A stretch of DNA of 64,000 nt from Adineta vaga (lineage: Eukaryota; Animalia; Rotifera): contig CP075496.1 of the NCBI GenBank assembly GCA_021613535.1, positions 1,178,001 to 1,242,000 of the forward strand. The letters run 5' to 3'. Of this stretch, positions 27,830-39,985 are shown piece by piece; within the stretch, counting starts at the first letter, position 1; each line of letters starts with the position of its first letter. A program made the translations under genes and the position numbers. A model generated the notes under the pieces. The model saw nothing but the letters and a program-made list of their open reading frames with translations. It had not been told where the DNA came from and searched no databases.

Positions 27830-30559
27830 TTAACATGTTTTCCGTCTAAAAATAGAGATTCGTGTTTTTTTTATTAGAAGAATAATGAATGAATTTCTAA
27901 CTTCTTACCTAAGTTTATCATTGACAATTTTAATATTATTCTTCAATTGTTCGATATCTTGTTCAGGCATTTGTGTCTGTTTTTCTAAGAGAAGATGAGC
28001 TTTATTAAAATAATCTAAAGCCATACGAAATTCTTGAGTTTTAGAATAAACTGTACCAATATTCGCATAACTTCTTGCAACATCAATATGTGTATCTGAT
28101 AATAATTTCAAACGAATTTCTAATGCTGTTTTTAAATTTGATAAAGAATTATTATAATCACGCATATCTGAATAGGCAATACCAATATTATTATGTAAAG
28201 ATGCCATTTGTAAATGTTGAGCTGGTAATTGACGTGTACGAATTTCTAAAGCTTGTTCATAATGTTCTAATTCTTCTTCATATTGTTCTTGTTTACTATA
28301 AATTAATGCAAGATTATGATGAATACATGCACTATGTAATGGTAATGAACTATTTTCTAAAGCTTTATTAAAATGAATTAATGCTTGATCTGTTTGATCT
28401 TGTCGAGCATAGACAAGACCAAGACTATTATGTAAAGAAGATTTGATTAATTTATCAGTTGGTTTTAAATGTAGAGCTTTTTCAAAATAAGTTAAAGCTT
28501 GATCATAATCATTTTTTAAATATGAACAAAGACCAAGACCACGATAACATTCAAGTTTTAATGAAGATTCATTGTTTTCTTTTGATAAATATTTATAAAA
28601 TTGTTCAGCAGAATTCGGAGAAATTTGACGAAGAAGATTTGCTATAATTGTTGAATTTTCTGTTGTTTTTGTTTTTGTATTTGTTAAAAATGTAAATACT
28701 TGAGAAAAATCTTGATTCGTTCGTTCATCATATAATGTTAATTGAATTGTCCAACAATCATTATTAACATCAAATCCAACAGTATTAATTCGAAAAATAG
28801 AACCAATAAAAAACAGAATCGAATAAATATCTTCATTATCATTATCATTCGAAGAAGATCGATTTAAATCAATAAAAGGACGTTGTTTTTGTTGTGAATA
28901 TTCCCATGGAATTTTGATTTCAAATAAAACTCGATGAATTAAATTCGTTTTCGGAAAATTTTCACGAAGATTTGTTAAACAATCTTGACGATTTTTACTT
29001 GCTAACATAAAATTATTCATTGATAACATTTCACCTGAATTTAAAATTCAATCACTAAACTATTCTTTACTCAATTTTCTCTTACCGATATTAGATTTAA
29101 TTTTAAGAAAAGTTTCATTGGCCAATGCTTGTCCTCGATAAAACATTTTATCATTTGTTGATCGTGCACTATTAAATCTTGCTGAATTATTTGTATAAAA
29201 CGTTTGCTTTTGATTTAATATTGTTGATTGTTCGATCATATAATTATGCATATCATGAATAAAAAATCTTAATAGAAATAAAATTTGAATATCTAATGTT
29301 AACAAAGATTGAGTTAACATTCGTCGAAGGAAACAATCACGTTGAAACCATGAGAAAGGATCTTTGGATGAATGATATTCATTAGTAAATTGTTTGATTA
29401 ATTTGTATTGTTTTCGATTTGAATGATAATATTTTTGAAGAAATTTAATAAAATCATGATTAGTTGAATTATGTGATGAATTTAAACAATATTGTTGAAG
29501 AAATAATTGATAGAAGAGAAAACGAAGATGATCTGTTGAATGATTATGCGTTTGAATGGCATCTATACGACTATAAACGCTTATAGGAATTAAATCGTAA
29601 ATATCCAAGGAAATTTTCACATCAGATAATAATTGTTCGAATAAAGTTTCACGATCGAAATAAATACCTTTGATCTAAATTTGAAAAAAAAAACAAATTA
29701 GATTTCTTCAATCCAGGAAGAATGTGTAGTCACACTCCTAGATAAGTTTGCCAGAGATGTACATTGAAACACTAACTTTCGTCATATTCTTCTTGATCAA
29801 AGTCTATTCAATCATATGATATTGAGTATAGTAAGTTACTCGTATGTTTTACTACGACGGAATTTAAAGAAAAAAATAAACAACATGATTAATGATTAAT
29901 CGTAGAGTCAGAATTATGTTTTTTCTTTCCTACGTAAATGCCATTTCTTGTAAAGCTTCTCAATAGTAACAACAACAACAACAAGAAATGTTCTAATTTG
30001 AATAACATAATTGTAAACTATTTGTAGATGTTCGTTACTCATCATATTAATTCATGTTGAAAACATACTCGTCAAAGTTCATTACTCTTAGCATTAATCA
30101 ACTAAAATTTAATTGTTTAAGTGTATCTCTTACCTTTGAATATCTTTTCGTCCAATGTTTTTCAATATGTTTTGATTTTTCATCTTGATAAACATAAATC
30201 GCAATAATTTGTGATAATTCATGTATATGTGAGATAAGATTAGTAATATATTGATTTGAAACAATAAGAAAGATTCCAGTTTTTCTATTTATATCTTTAA
30301 GAAATGCTTCACATTGATCTGGATCATTAAAACAGCAAATATAATCAATAATAGCTCGAAGATCCGGATCATTTTCATCGAAATGTTTGTCCAAACAAAC
30401 AAGTGTAAATGGTTCGAGATTTTCTCCACGTTTTTCTATTGAATTTATCGGAGGTAATTTATTTGCTTTTCCAATTGATGTATCACTTGTTGCTGTTGAA
30501 TCGACTATCTTATTTTTATGTACTGAAGATAGAATCGGAAAACTTGACCCACATCCCAT
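27830..30559 (-). CDS. Myristoylated TPR-repeat protein with degenerate ADP-ribosyltransferase-like domain
   Basis: MGCGSS N-terminus; FTLVCLD...IIAIYVY domain; FYRGQ...LSMNNFMLAS...VLFEI ART-like segment; several TPRs (HNNIGIAY, YANIGTVY). A probable last mini-exon RRKTC* ends at 27830. Confidence 0.8.
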
Positions 30560-31817
30560 GATTAGCTTTGAAATATCCTCTTTACAAACTTTTCAATTGA
30601 AAAAAAAATATATATATGAATAAAATTGCCTTGAAATTTCACAATCGTTTGTCAACTGACATCAGATTCTAAGCAACAAACAATTTTTTTCTCTTCATTT
30701 TTTTCTCTTCTCCTTTTTTGGAGAACAGAAGAACGATGCAATTGCAAAAAATGTATTTGCCACGTAAATGTTGTTTTGCTATTTCTTTTCTTTTCTATGA
30801 CGATATGACAACCGTGATCATATCAACACAAATTGCATGACTTCGTAAACATTTTTGTGTAACCTTGGCACGGACACAGGAACATTGAATAAAACAAAAA
30901 TAAATGTAGAGTAATACTGCACAGACAATTATTCTCGATTGAAAAAGAGATCTACGGAAGATTATCGATAAGGAAATAAGATACGTTTTTAGAATTCATC
31001 GGTATCTGAATAAATTAATTCAGTAATACGATATCCTTTTTCTCGTGATTCTATTGACGTCAGTTTGTTCTATAAAGGAATGAACATTTTCCAAAAATTA
31101 ACTGAAAAAAAAAGTGCTCATTTTAATTTCAAGGTTAACTTGACACACACACGCACATTAAAAAAACTTAAGAAAATAAAATAAAGATTATTTCTACCAC
31201 ATCATTGAGTTTGATTATTAGCAAAAGGAAAAAAAATAGTTTTTGTACTTTTCTATAAATAATATATATACTTTTCTTTTATCGTAGGAAAACATCACGA
31301 ACCAATTGAAGAACAATTGATTTCAAAGAAAAGGAAACGCAGTACATTATTCACAAATCTTTATTGTTTACAAAGAAACGTTTTCTTTTCATAAAGAGTT
31401 GAGAGAAGAAAATAGAACAGTTCAATCATATACATATGTTTTTCTTTCGACATTAGCAAAGTTTACCTATATTTATCTAAAGATATTAGTTACGGCATTG
31501 AATTCGAGCGATCGCTATTGAAGATAATTTTTAGTAGACGCCAACTTTGTAAAGTAGATGTCGCTGGTAATTCCTACTTATTCGTTATTCGTCGTTGAAT
31601 ATAGTCAATCTATCCATCCCTCTCTATTTTCAATTTAGCCAATAAATGCAAGAATTGTATAATAAAACTTTTTATGACGTCATTGGAATATGAAATTTTA
31701 TTGTATTGACAAAGTGTCAGAGTCATAAAATAGGAATGTATAAAAGGATTGTAATGATTACTTTACCTTCATTTATCGTAGTCGAAAATTCGAGTATAAA
31801 CAAAGGTTTTTGTCATC

Positions 31818-32610
31818 ATGCTTGGTCTTTCTTCATCAGATCAATCAGTAAAAAAACGAGATACATTTTCTCGTCTTCGTATTCTTAGAGGTAATTGACA
31901 AATTTCATTCAAATTTATTTCACAAACTCTTTTTCTAAATAGATCTCACAGAATTACATACATTACCATCAACATGTGAAGTTACACTAGTCGATCCTAA
32001 TGATGTTTCTCAATTGATAGTAACGATTTCACCTGATGATGTAAATATAAATATAAAAAGGAAGATTAACTGAAATATTTTTTGTTTTAATTTCAGGGTT
32101 TTTATAAAGGTGGCCGTTTTATATTCTCGATTGTAATATCAGATGATTATCCTTGTACTCCGCCGAAAGTTAAATGTACGCAAACGATTTATCATCCAAA
32201 TATTGATTTGAAAGGAAATGTTTGCTTGAATATTCTAAGGTAGGCAAAAGATAATTGCTTTATTTTAAGTAACAAAATTATTCGTTTTAGAGAGGATTGG
32301 AAACCAATGTTATCAATAGTGACTGTTGTTCTTGGATTAGTTTTCCTGTTTTTAGTAAGTAGAACTCTAATCATGATCACTTTTCGATGTTGAGAGATCG
32401 ATCACACACTTAAACCTTTCCTTCTGATTTATCATAAACAATATCTAACAAATCTATTTTTAGGAACCTAATCCTGATGATCCATTGAATCAAGATGCAG
32501 CTGCACTATTCAAACAAAATATCGATCGATTCAAATTCAATGTGACGCGAAGTATGCGTGGTGAAAATTTCGATAATGTAGAATATGATGATGTACTTCT
32601 TTCTGAATAA
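31818..32610 (+). CDS. UBE2M: NEDD8-conjugating enzyme Ubc12-like (5 exons)
   Basis: Spliced: ...[11 protein letters not shown]...[32 protein letters not shown]...[13 protein letters not shown]...RSMRG. Missed by the ORF track. Confidence 0.88.
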
Positions 32611-32663
32611 ATCTTTTTGTTGAATAAAATAATAACATTTTTTACTAACGATTTTGTTTGTAG

Positions 32664-35221
32664 ATGAAAAAAGGCAAAGTAGCGCCAGTTATTGTTGAAA
32701 CAAAAGTGGGAAAATTTCTTTTACGAGATTTTCGTCCACCTATTCAATTACGTACATCACCACGTAAAATGAAAACAAAGATAAAGAAAGATTTAAAACG
32801 ATTAGATGAAAATTCTTTTGGATTATCGACAAATAAAAAACGTAAAAATAAAGTTAAAAAACAATTAAATTTTCATGAAGATAATCAAGAAGAAGAAAAA
32901 GAAGAAGAATCTTCTCTATTCATTATATTCAATAATGAACAAGATATTGAATTCAATGAAGATGAATTAACAAATACGAAATCGATGTAATCACCTTCTT
33001 CGCTCTTTATCTTTTATTGAAAATGTTTTGTTCTTTTAGTCTTTGTTTTGTTAATTCTAAAACTCGTCGAATGTTAATCTTTTCTCCACAATCATGTCGG
33101 ATAACTCTATTAGGAGTCTTTACCTTAGAACAAATCTTTGGTTCATCAGCCAATCTTCATGGTTTTACTCTTGAATTATCTCAACGCTATCCAATATTTA
33201 ATCTTTCCTCTCAATCATTAATGTCAATTGAAACAACGACATCAAAAACTTCACTTTCAGAAAATCAAATTCGAACATTTTTCGATAATTATCAATTACA
33301 ATTCTCATCACCAGATTCATTTGTAGGATTAGTACAGAAATTTGCCAAAGTTCATCATGATTTATCGGTTTTTCATATTGAACAATTTCAAACAACATGG
33401 ATCGAATCAATGAAAGAATTTAGTCAAAGTCATCTAGCAAATCAATGGTTATTCAATAATAAAACTAATAGTGATGAAGATGAACAAACACAAAATAATG
33501 AAAATTTCAAACAATTATGGCCAGGAATGGGAATTTTCAAGAATAGTTATGTAAGATAGACAAGTTTTCAATTAAATATCTTATAGAAAGTATTGAAGGG
33601 ATATACAATGAGATGAGTTGAACAGCAAAAATTGTTTGTAGAAATCTTTGACTAAATCTTCTTACATTTCCGAGTGAAATAAAAATGTTTTCTTCTTTAA
33701 ATTTAGACTCAATCTATAACTTATTCAGCAGATATTCAATCAATAACCAATTCCATCATTTCACGTCTTTCTACAAAAACCACGAGTGATCCATTAGTTG
33801 TATTTGTTTGTGGTGCAAAAGATTCTGGAAAATCCACATATCTTCGTTATTTAATTAATCGATGTCTTTCTCAATCATCTCATCCAAAAATTACCTTTTT
33901 GGATAGTGATATTGGTCAAAGTGAATTCACTCCTAGTGGTTGTATATCATTAATAAACAATCTTCATCAACCATTATTTGGTCCAGCAGCATCACATTTA
34001 ACAAAACCATTAAAATCGTTTTATTTTGGAAATATTAAAGTTGAGAATGATAAACTTATTGAGTATTTGAATTATGTTAAATATCTATATGATTTCATAC
34101 AAAATCAACGACAAGATTTATTAGTTGTTAACACAATGGGATGGGGATCAGGTAAGAAAATTTCAATGAATAATACAAAATCTAATCTTGGTTTTTCAAT
34201 AAAATTAGATTCTGGTCTTGTGATAATGAAAGAATTAATTGATCTTATTAAACCAGATATTCTTATTCAATTACGTTCATCCAATCCACATTTTCGTCAT
34301 ATAATGCCCGCTTGATTCTCAATGGTCATTGAATGCTTCGATTTCTGAAGTTTTTCGTCAAAACAATCATATTCCAATGAATTATTCATATAATCATTAT
34401 GAATATCATTTATTATTAACACCTGTTCGTCAACATACTCATGGAAAATCAAATTTAACTCGTCAAGCTTGTCTTTGGTCATATTTTTCTCAATTAGAAA
34501 CAAAACATTCTCTTCTGAAACCTTTCATTGATTATCTCAATCATATTCATATCTTTTCATTCGAAAGACTTGGTATCGGCTTATTACATCGACAAATTCA
34601 ACCAAAATATTTCTTACAAGTTTTAAATGGATCAATTATTGGTTTATGCCGCGTCAAAACAGATATGGTTTGTTGTTTTTATTTAGTTGAATTGAGTAAA
34701 TGAGAAGAGAAAGACGTTCGAATCTACTTTTGTGCTAAGGGCAATGATGATATTGTAGCCGGAGTAATGAAATCTATTCATATTTTAGTGATTCTTTGCT
34801 ATTCTGAGCCCAATTATTTGTTTTTTAATGTAAAATATTGGTTTCTTTTATAGTTATATTATCCATCTAATTCATATCCAGCTTTGATTGATGAACGAGC
34901 TAATCTTGAATGTTTTGGATTTGGTAAAAGAGAAAATAAATATCGAATTATTTATGAATGAAAAAATTCTTTAGGATTTATTCGTTCAATTGATATGAAT
35001 CGTCGTGAAATTCATGTTATTATTCCTGATCATACTTTACCAAAATCAATGATAAATGCTTTGATTAAAGGATATGATGATTGTCCAGAAGAATTTTATT
35101 TTATGTCAATTGATCGAGTAATGATTCTTTAATTCTCATTTTAATTTATTAATTTTCTAATTTTTAGTGGCGTGGTCAAATGCCTCCTTATGTAACTGGT
35201 CTAATTAGTTCAACTACATGA
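32664..35221 (+). CDS. NOL9: Polynucleotide 5'-hydroxyl kinase NOL9/Grc3 (Clp1 family)
   Basis: P-loop CGAKDSGKST, DSDIGQSEFTPSG, VVNTMGW, LNGSIIGLC, CFGFGFIRSID. Confidence 0.88.
34739..34811 (+). ncRNA. Intronic box C/D snoRNA in NOL9 (U24-like D guide)
   Basis: Lies in a 186-nt intron. Stem GGGC/GCCC, box C ATGATGA 34744-34750, box D CTGA 34804-34807, guide GATTCTTTGCTATT. Confidence 0.85.
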
Positions 35222-35396
35222 TGAAATCAAAGTTTATTCCTTAGAGACAAACTAGAAGAAGAAGAAGAAGAAAACAAACAAAATAAGAGACAAACATTCA
35301 CTGTGCAATTGTAAAATTTGAAATAAAAGTAAAAGAGAAACTTTGTTAATATATCACAACAAAAAACAACAACAGCAATAATAAATTCTTGTCGTT

Positions 35397-38300
35397 TTAA
35401 TAATGTTCATCTTTGTCATCTTCCTCCTTTTCTTCTGCATCGTCATTATCTGTATCAGTTGGATACATTTGTTTGTATTGTGATTTAGGATTTTCTTTTG
35501 CTATGGATGATCGAGAATTTTGATTGTCTTGATCATTCGAACGAGCTGATTGATTTGTAAGAGTATCAAGACGAAGACGAGGAAGATTAGGTTGATTTTG
35601 ATCATCTCGTTCAATAGAATCTGCTTCACCGCGACGAGTTTTTGGTCGCGGTGAAGGTGTACGTGGTGGGGAACCTAAGTCTAATGTATTTTCGGGATCT
35701 AATTTTCTAAAAATATCTTTATAATTTGCCTCATCATCTTTCATACTGTGAAATGAAGGATTTCGTTCGTGTTCGTTTTTATTATTATGATTTGATTGAC
35801 GGTTTTTTCTTTGTATTTCTTCTTCTTCATCATCAGAATCTTTTGACGACTTTATTTTACGATTTGTAGGTGTATCTAAAGAATAATAGTTTCATAACAG
35901 AATGAGTTTTGAGTGAATTACCTTCACGATTTGAGTCTTCGATTTGAACTTGATATGTTTTCTCTGCACGATAGTCTGAATCATTTCGTTGAAGACTTTC
36001 TTTACATAAAAATATTGTTTTCTTCTGTGTTTCCGTATTGATTAAAACAATCTTGATGATAGAACAGAAATCTTTGATTTTTAAACAAAAAGAAAAAAAA
36101 AAGAAAGATTTACCTTGTCAATTTTCCATGTTTTTGCTTGAGATTCTGTATTAACATAACCAATTGTTAATGTTTTCACTGGCTCATCTTTCTCTTGATT
36201 AAAATTAACTTCAAATGTTTGTTCAACACCTGATTCAAATGTTGGACATAATTGATCAGATCTTCTTGTTAAATTGACTTCTTTTTTATGATTATTAAGG
36301 CGTAAAAATATTCGACTATGCTGAGTTGGATTAAATTCTCCATCATCAGTTTCTGATGGATAAATGATAACACGAAAACGAATTGGACGTTCTAAAGAAA
36401 ATCAAACTAAACGATTTCAAAATAAAAAAAAACAAGAAAATTTACCAGATGAATCGGGTGATGAACGTTGAGTTGAATCTTTTCTAGTTGGTACTGAAGT
36501 AGAATTATTCGATGATTTTCGTTCGATTTTCGGAGTTGCTTGGTCACTTTCGTCTTCAGAAGAATTTTTTCTTCGTTCAGATTTAGGTGGATTAGTTGGT
36601 GTTGATGAACGAGAAGATACTTTGGGTTTTTGTGGAGTTTTTCCAATTGATTGATTACTTTCACTACCTGTTGAGATACGTCGTGATGGTTTAACTGCAT
36701 CATTTGATGTTGTTGATGAACGTACAAGGGGTTTTGGTTTATATTGGATATGCTGTTCATCGTCGGAAGATGTTTGTTGTGATGGTTTCTGTTGAGTTTT
36801 TAATGGTTTGGGAGAATTAGTCGGTGTTGATGACCGTGAAGAAGTTTTTGATTGTTGCCGAACTTTTGCACTTGCTTGACGAGTTCGTTTTGGTGAAGGA
36901 GTTGATCTTGAATCATTTGTTCGTGCAGACGATCGTTCGTTAACACGTTCCTAGCAAAGAAATGTTTTTTCTCTGTTGAAAATTTCAATAGAACAAATTT
37001 ACTTGAGAAAGTTGAAGATATTTTTCTTGAAAACGATGAATCCAAGTTTTACACGGAAATATATAATGAGAGTGAGTTTCCGGATCAATAACTTCAATCT
37101 AAATATCAATTCAAATAGACAAATTATTCTTCGTTACAAATCTTACATGATCTAAATGCCATTTAATATCATCTCTATCGTCTTCATCTTCATCTTCATC
37201 TTGTGTTGATGACATATTCAATCGAATTTGTTCTGGTTTTCCAATATTTCGAAATTTAATTGGAATTGAATATGGTTTTGCCGATCTTGAATGTTCAATA
37301 AAGGGTTTCATATCGATTTCATATGATTCTGTTTCAATATTTTCCTCATCGACAATAAACGATAATTTCAAGAAGAATCTTTTCGATGAACCATTTGATC
37401 CCAGTCGAAAATTTCCAGTAGCAATACTAGTAGGATGAAATATAACTTGCCAAGTTTTTTTTGTTGAATCGTCTTTTCGAGTAACGTCATATGTGGTATC
37501 AGATTTTTCGGAGGAAACTTTTCGAATAGGTCGTGATGCACGTGGAGCAACCTAAAGAAACGTGGGATTTGTTTTCCTGGATAAAAATTCATCGTTGAAA
37601 AACAAACTTTAGGTGTTAATTCCGATGATTTCGATGATCTTTTACTGGTTTTCTTTGATTCGACACTTGAATCACTTCCATTAACTATCTTTTGCTTTTT
37701 TTTTCGATTTATTTTCTTCATCAAAATCTTGTGAATAATTATCGCCTAAAACACAAACCAAATTATCAATTTCGAACAAAAACTTCTCAACTTACTTGAA
37801 ACGGATGTATGTCGAATAGGTATTTGTACAGGTTCTGCTTTATTTTTTGGTTCATCTGAAACATTTACAGACACTGTTAATGGTTTTTCAGTTTTCTCTT
37901 TTTTCTCTTTTGGAGATTCGGCATATTTCTTCAATAGTGCTTGTTTTCCATATCGACATCTTTAGAATATCAATGAACATTTTTCAATCAATTCTTTTTT
38001 TAAAACATACTTAATACATGGTTTCGATCCAACAACTGATAAAACTGCAAAATGACCACGATCACCACCTAATCGAACACCATGTCGATGTTTATATTCA
38101 CAACATGTCGATATTCGACTATCAATTAAACCTTTAACATATAAGGATAAGCCAAATGGATAATCCGAATGACGTCGAGAATCAAATGTAAATTCCGCTA
38201 AAGATGAAAATATCAAATAAATTTTCAAATGAAATTGTTTTTCTTTTTTTACCTCCAGGTTTTAAAAGTCCTTTATAAACAATTAAATTTTCTCCTCCAC

Positions 38301-39354
38301 AATGTTGTTGCATAACCATAACTTCATCGATATCAGAGAAAACCATTCGATCATAATCAACTTTCGTATGTGGACCATAATAAATCATTTGAATTTGACA
38401 TGGTGGTGATGATGATCTTGCATTAGGATATTTTGTTGATGAACGAGGTTTTTGCTTAAAACAAAACAAGAAGATCGTTTTCTTTGAAGAAAAGAAGAGA
38501 AATGAATGAGTAATCTTTACTGATGATTTTGGTCGTTGAAGAGAACGAGGACGACGTTTTCGAGACTTTGATGAATGTTTTATTCGTCGATCAAGACTAA
38601 GATTTGCTGATTGAATACGAGGAATATGAGTATGTTCATCATTCTATTTAAAAAGAAAATAGATCAAAAAATCTTTGAAAACAAAACCTATCTTACAAAA
38701 TCACTATGATAATTGGCACTTCGAGGTCGTGATTGTGCCCAAGATGAATCTAATGATAATAAAGCCATATCACTTGAACCAGACATAAAACCTAAGGAAT
38801 TTCCACCTGCATGTCTTCTTCTTGATTCCTTAAAATAGAACAATATCTTGTGATTTTATTATTCATCAATCAATACGTTTTTCCTTACTTTAATATTATT
38901 GACTAATGCAGCTTTAGAAACTGTTTCAAAATACCGTTTCACTTCTGCATTTCGTGATCGTTCGATATCAATTGCTCTAAAGATAAATTTCTTAAAATAG
39001 AAATCTATTCTTCGATGTTCATCTTACCGATTGACAATATTTTCTGCCAGCATATGTCGAACATGTTTACGATGTTCACGTTGTGCTAATTTTGATCGAT
39101 ATTCTGCATCCGAAAGAATTTCTCCATGATTCGTTACCTAAATAAATCTATAAACATTCAATTCAATGAACTTATATTCATTTACCAATCCAGCATGTTT
39201 CAAATGTGATTGAATACGTTCGTTACTAAAATAACTTTGTAAATGTGGATCAGCTAACGAATTATATCGTGCCAATGTACTAAAAGGAAAAGATACGAAA
39301 ATTAAATTTTCAAATTCAAATCGATAAAGAATACCTTGATTCGAAATGGCTCAT
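35397..39354 (-). CDS. ERICH3: ERICH3 (DUF4590) protein with two PLAT/LH2-like segments
   Basis: N-terminus MSHFES...YNSLADPHLQSYFSNERIQSHL; DUF4590 VMQQHCGGENLIVYKG...SRRHSDYPFGLSLY...RISTCCEYKHRHGVRLGG. Confidence 0.87.
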
Positions 39355-39985
39355 TTTTTATTTTAATATCGAGTGATTCTCTTGACAATAGTTACTTTCC
39401 TTCCGTGGATGTTACAATATAAACATAGAGATCTACGCCATTTATTTAGTTTGATTCAAACTGTTGTCGAGCAACTGTTCGATATCGCAAATGAAATTTT
39501 AATTATAACTAAAATAAAATTTATTTTCATTACTTTATTTGAAATCTTCTATATTGAAATTTTCTTTTTGAAATTTTTCTTATTAGTATATGTGGCGCCA
39601 TCTTGAAATCTGTTCACAAAGTTCCGTCCAGCACATTTTTCATCAGTATAGTTTTTGTCGAGGTCATGATGAACATTTGGTTTACAAGAAAAATTTCCCT
39701 TTATTTCAGTCAATAAATTCGAGACGAATTTCTTTCGTTCTCTCACAAATCCCTCGATGGCTAGTATTGTAATCATTATCTTCTAAGACTATATGAACTA
39801 TGATACGTCCACAGCCGTTTGATTCTTTGTTTAGATCTATAGTAAAAGATGACTATAGATGATATCATCTCCGATTTCCTTTGTTTAATGTCTTGTATAA
39901 AAGAAATTGATATCGAAAGAAATTCTTTACAAGAAAAGCTAACTTTATATTCGAATATTCTTCCGTTGAATATACAATTTCAATC

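Noticed and set aside
29908-30045. Minus-strand C (ATGATGA) and D (CTGA) pair in the TPR intron
   Set aside because: No terminal stem and no recognisable guide.
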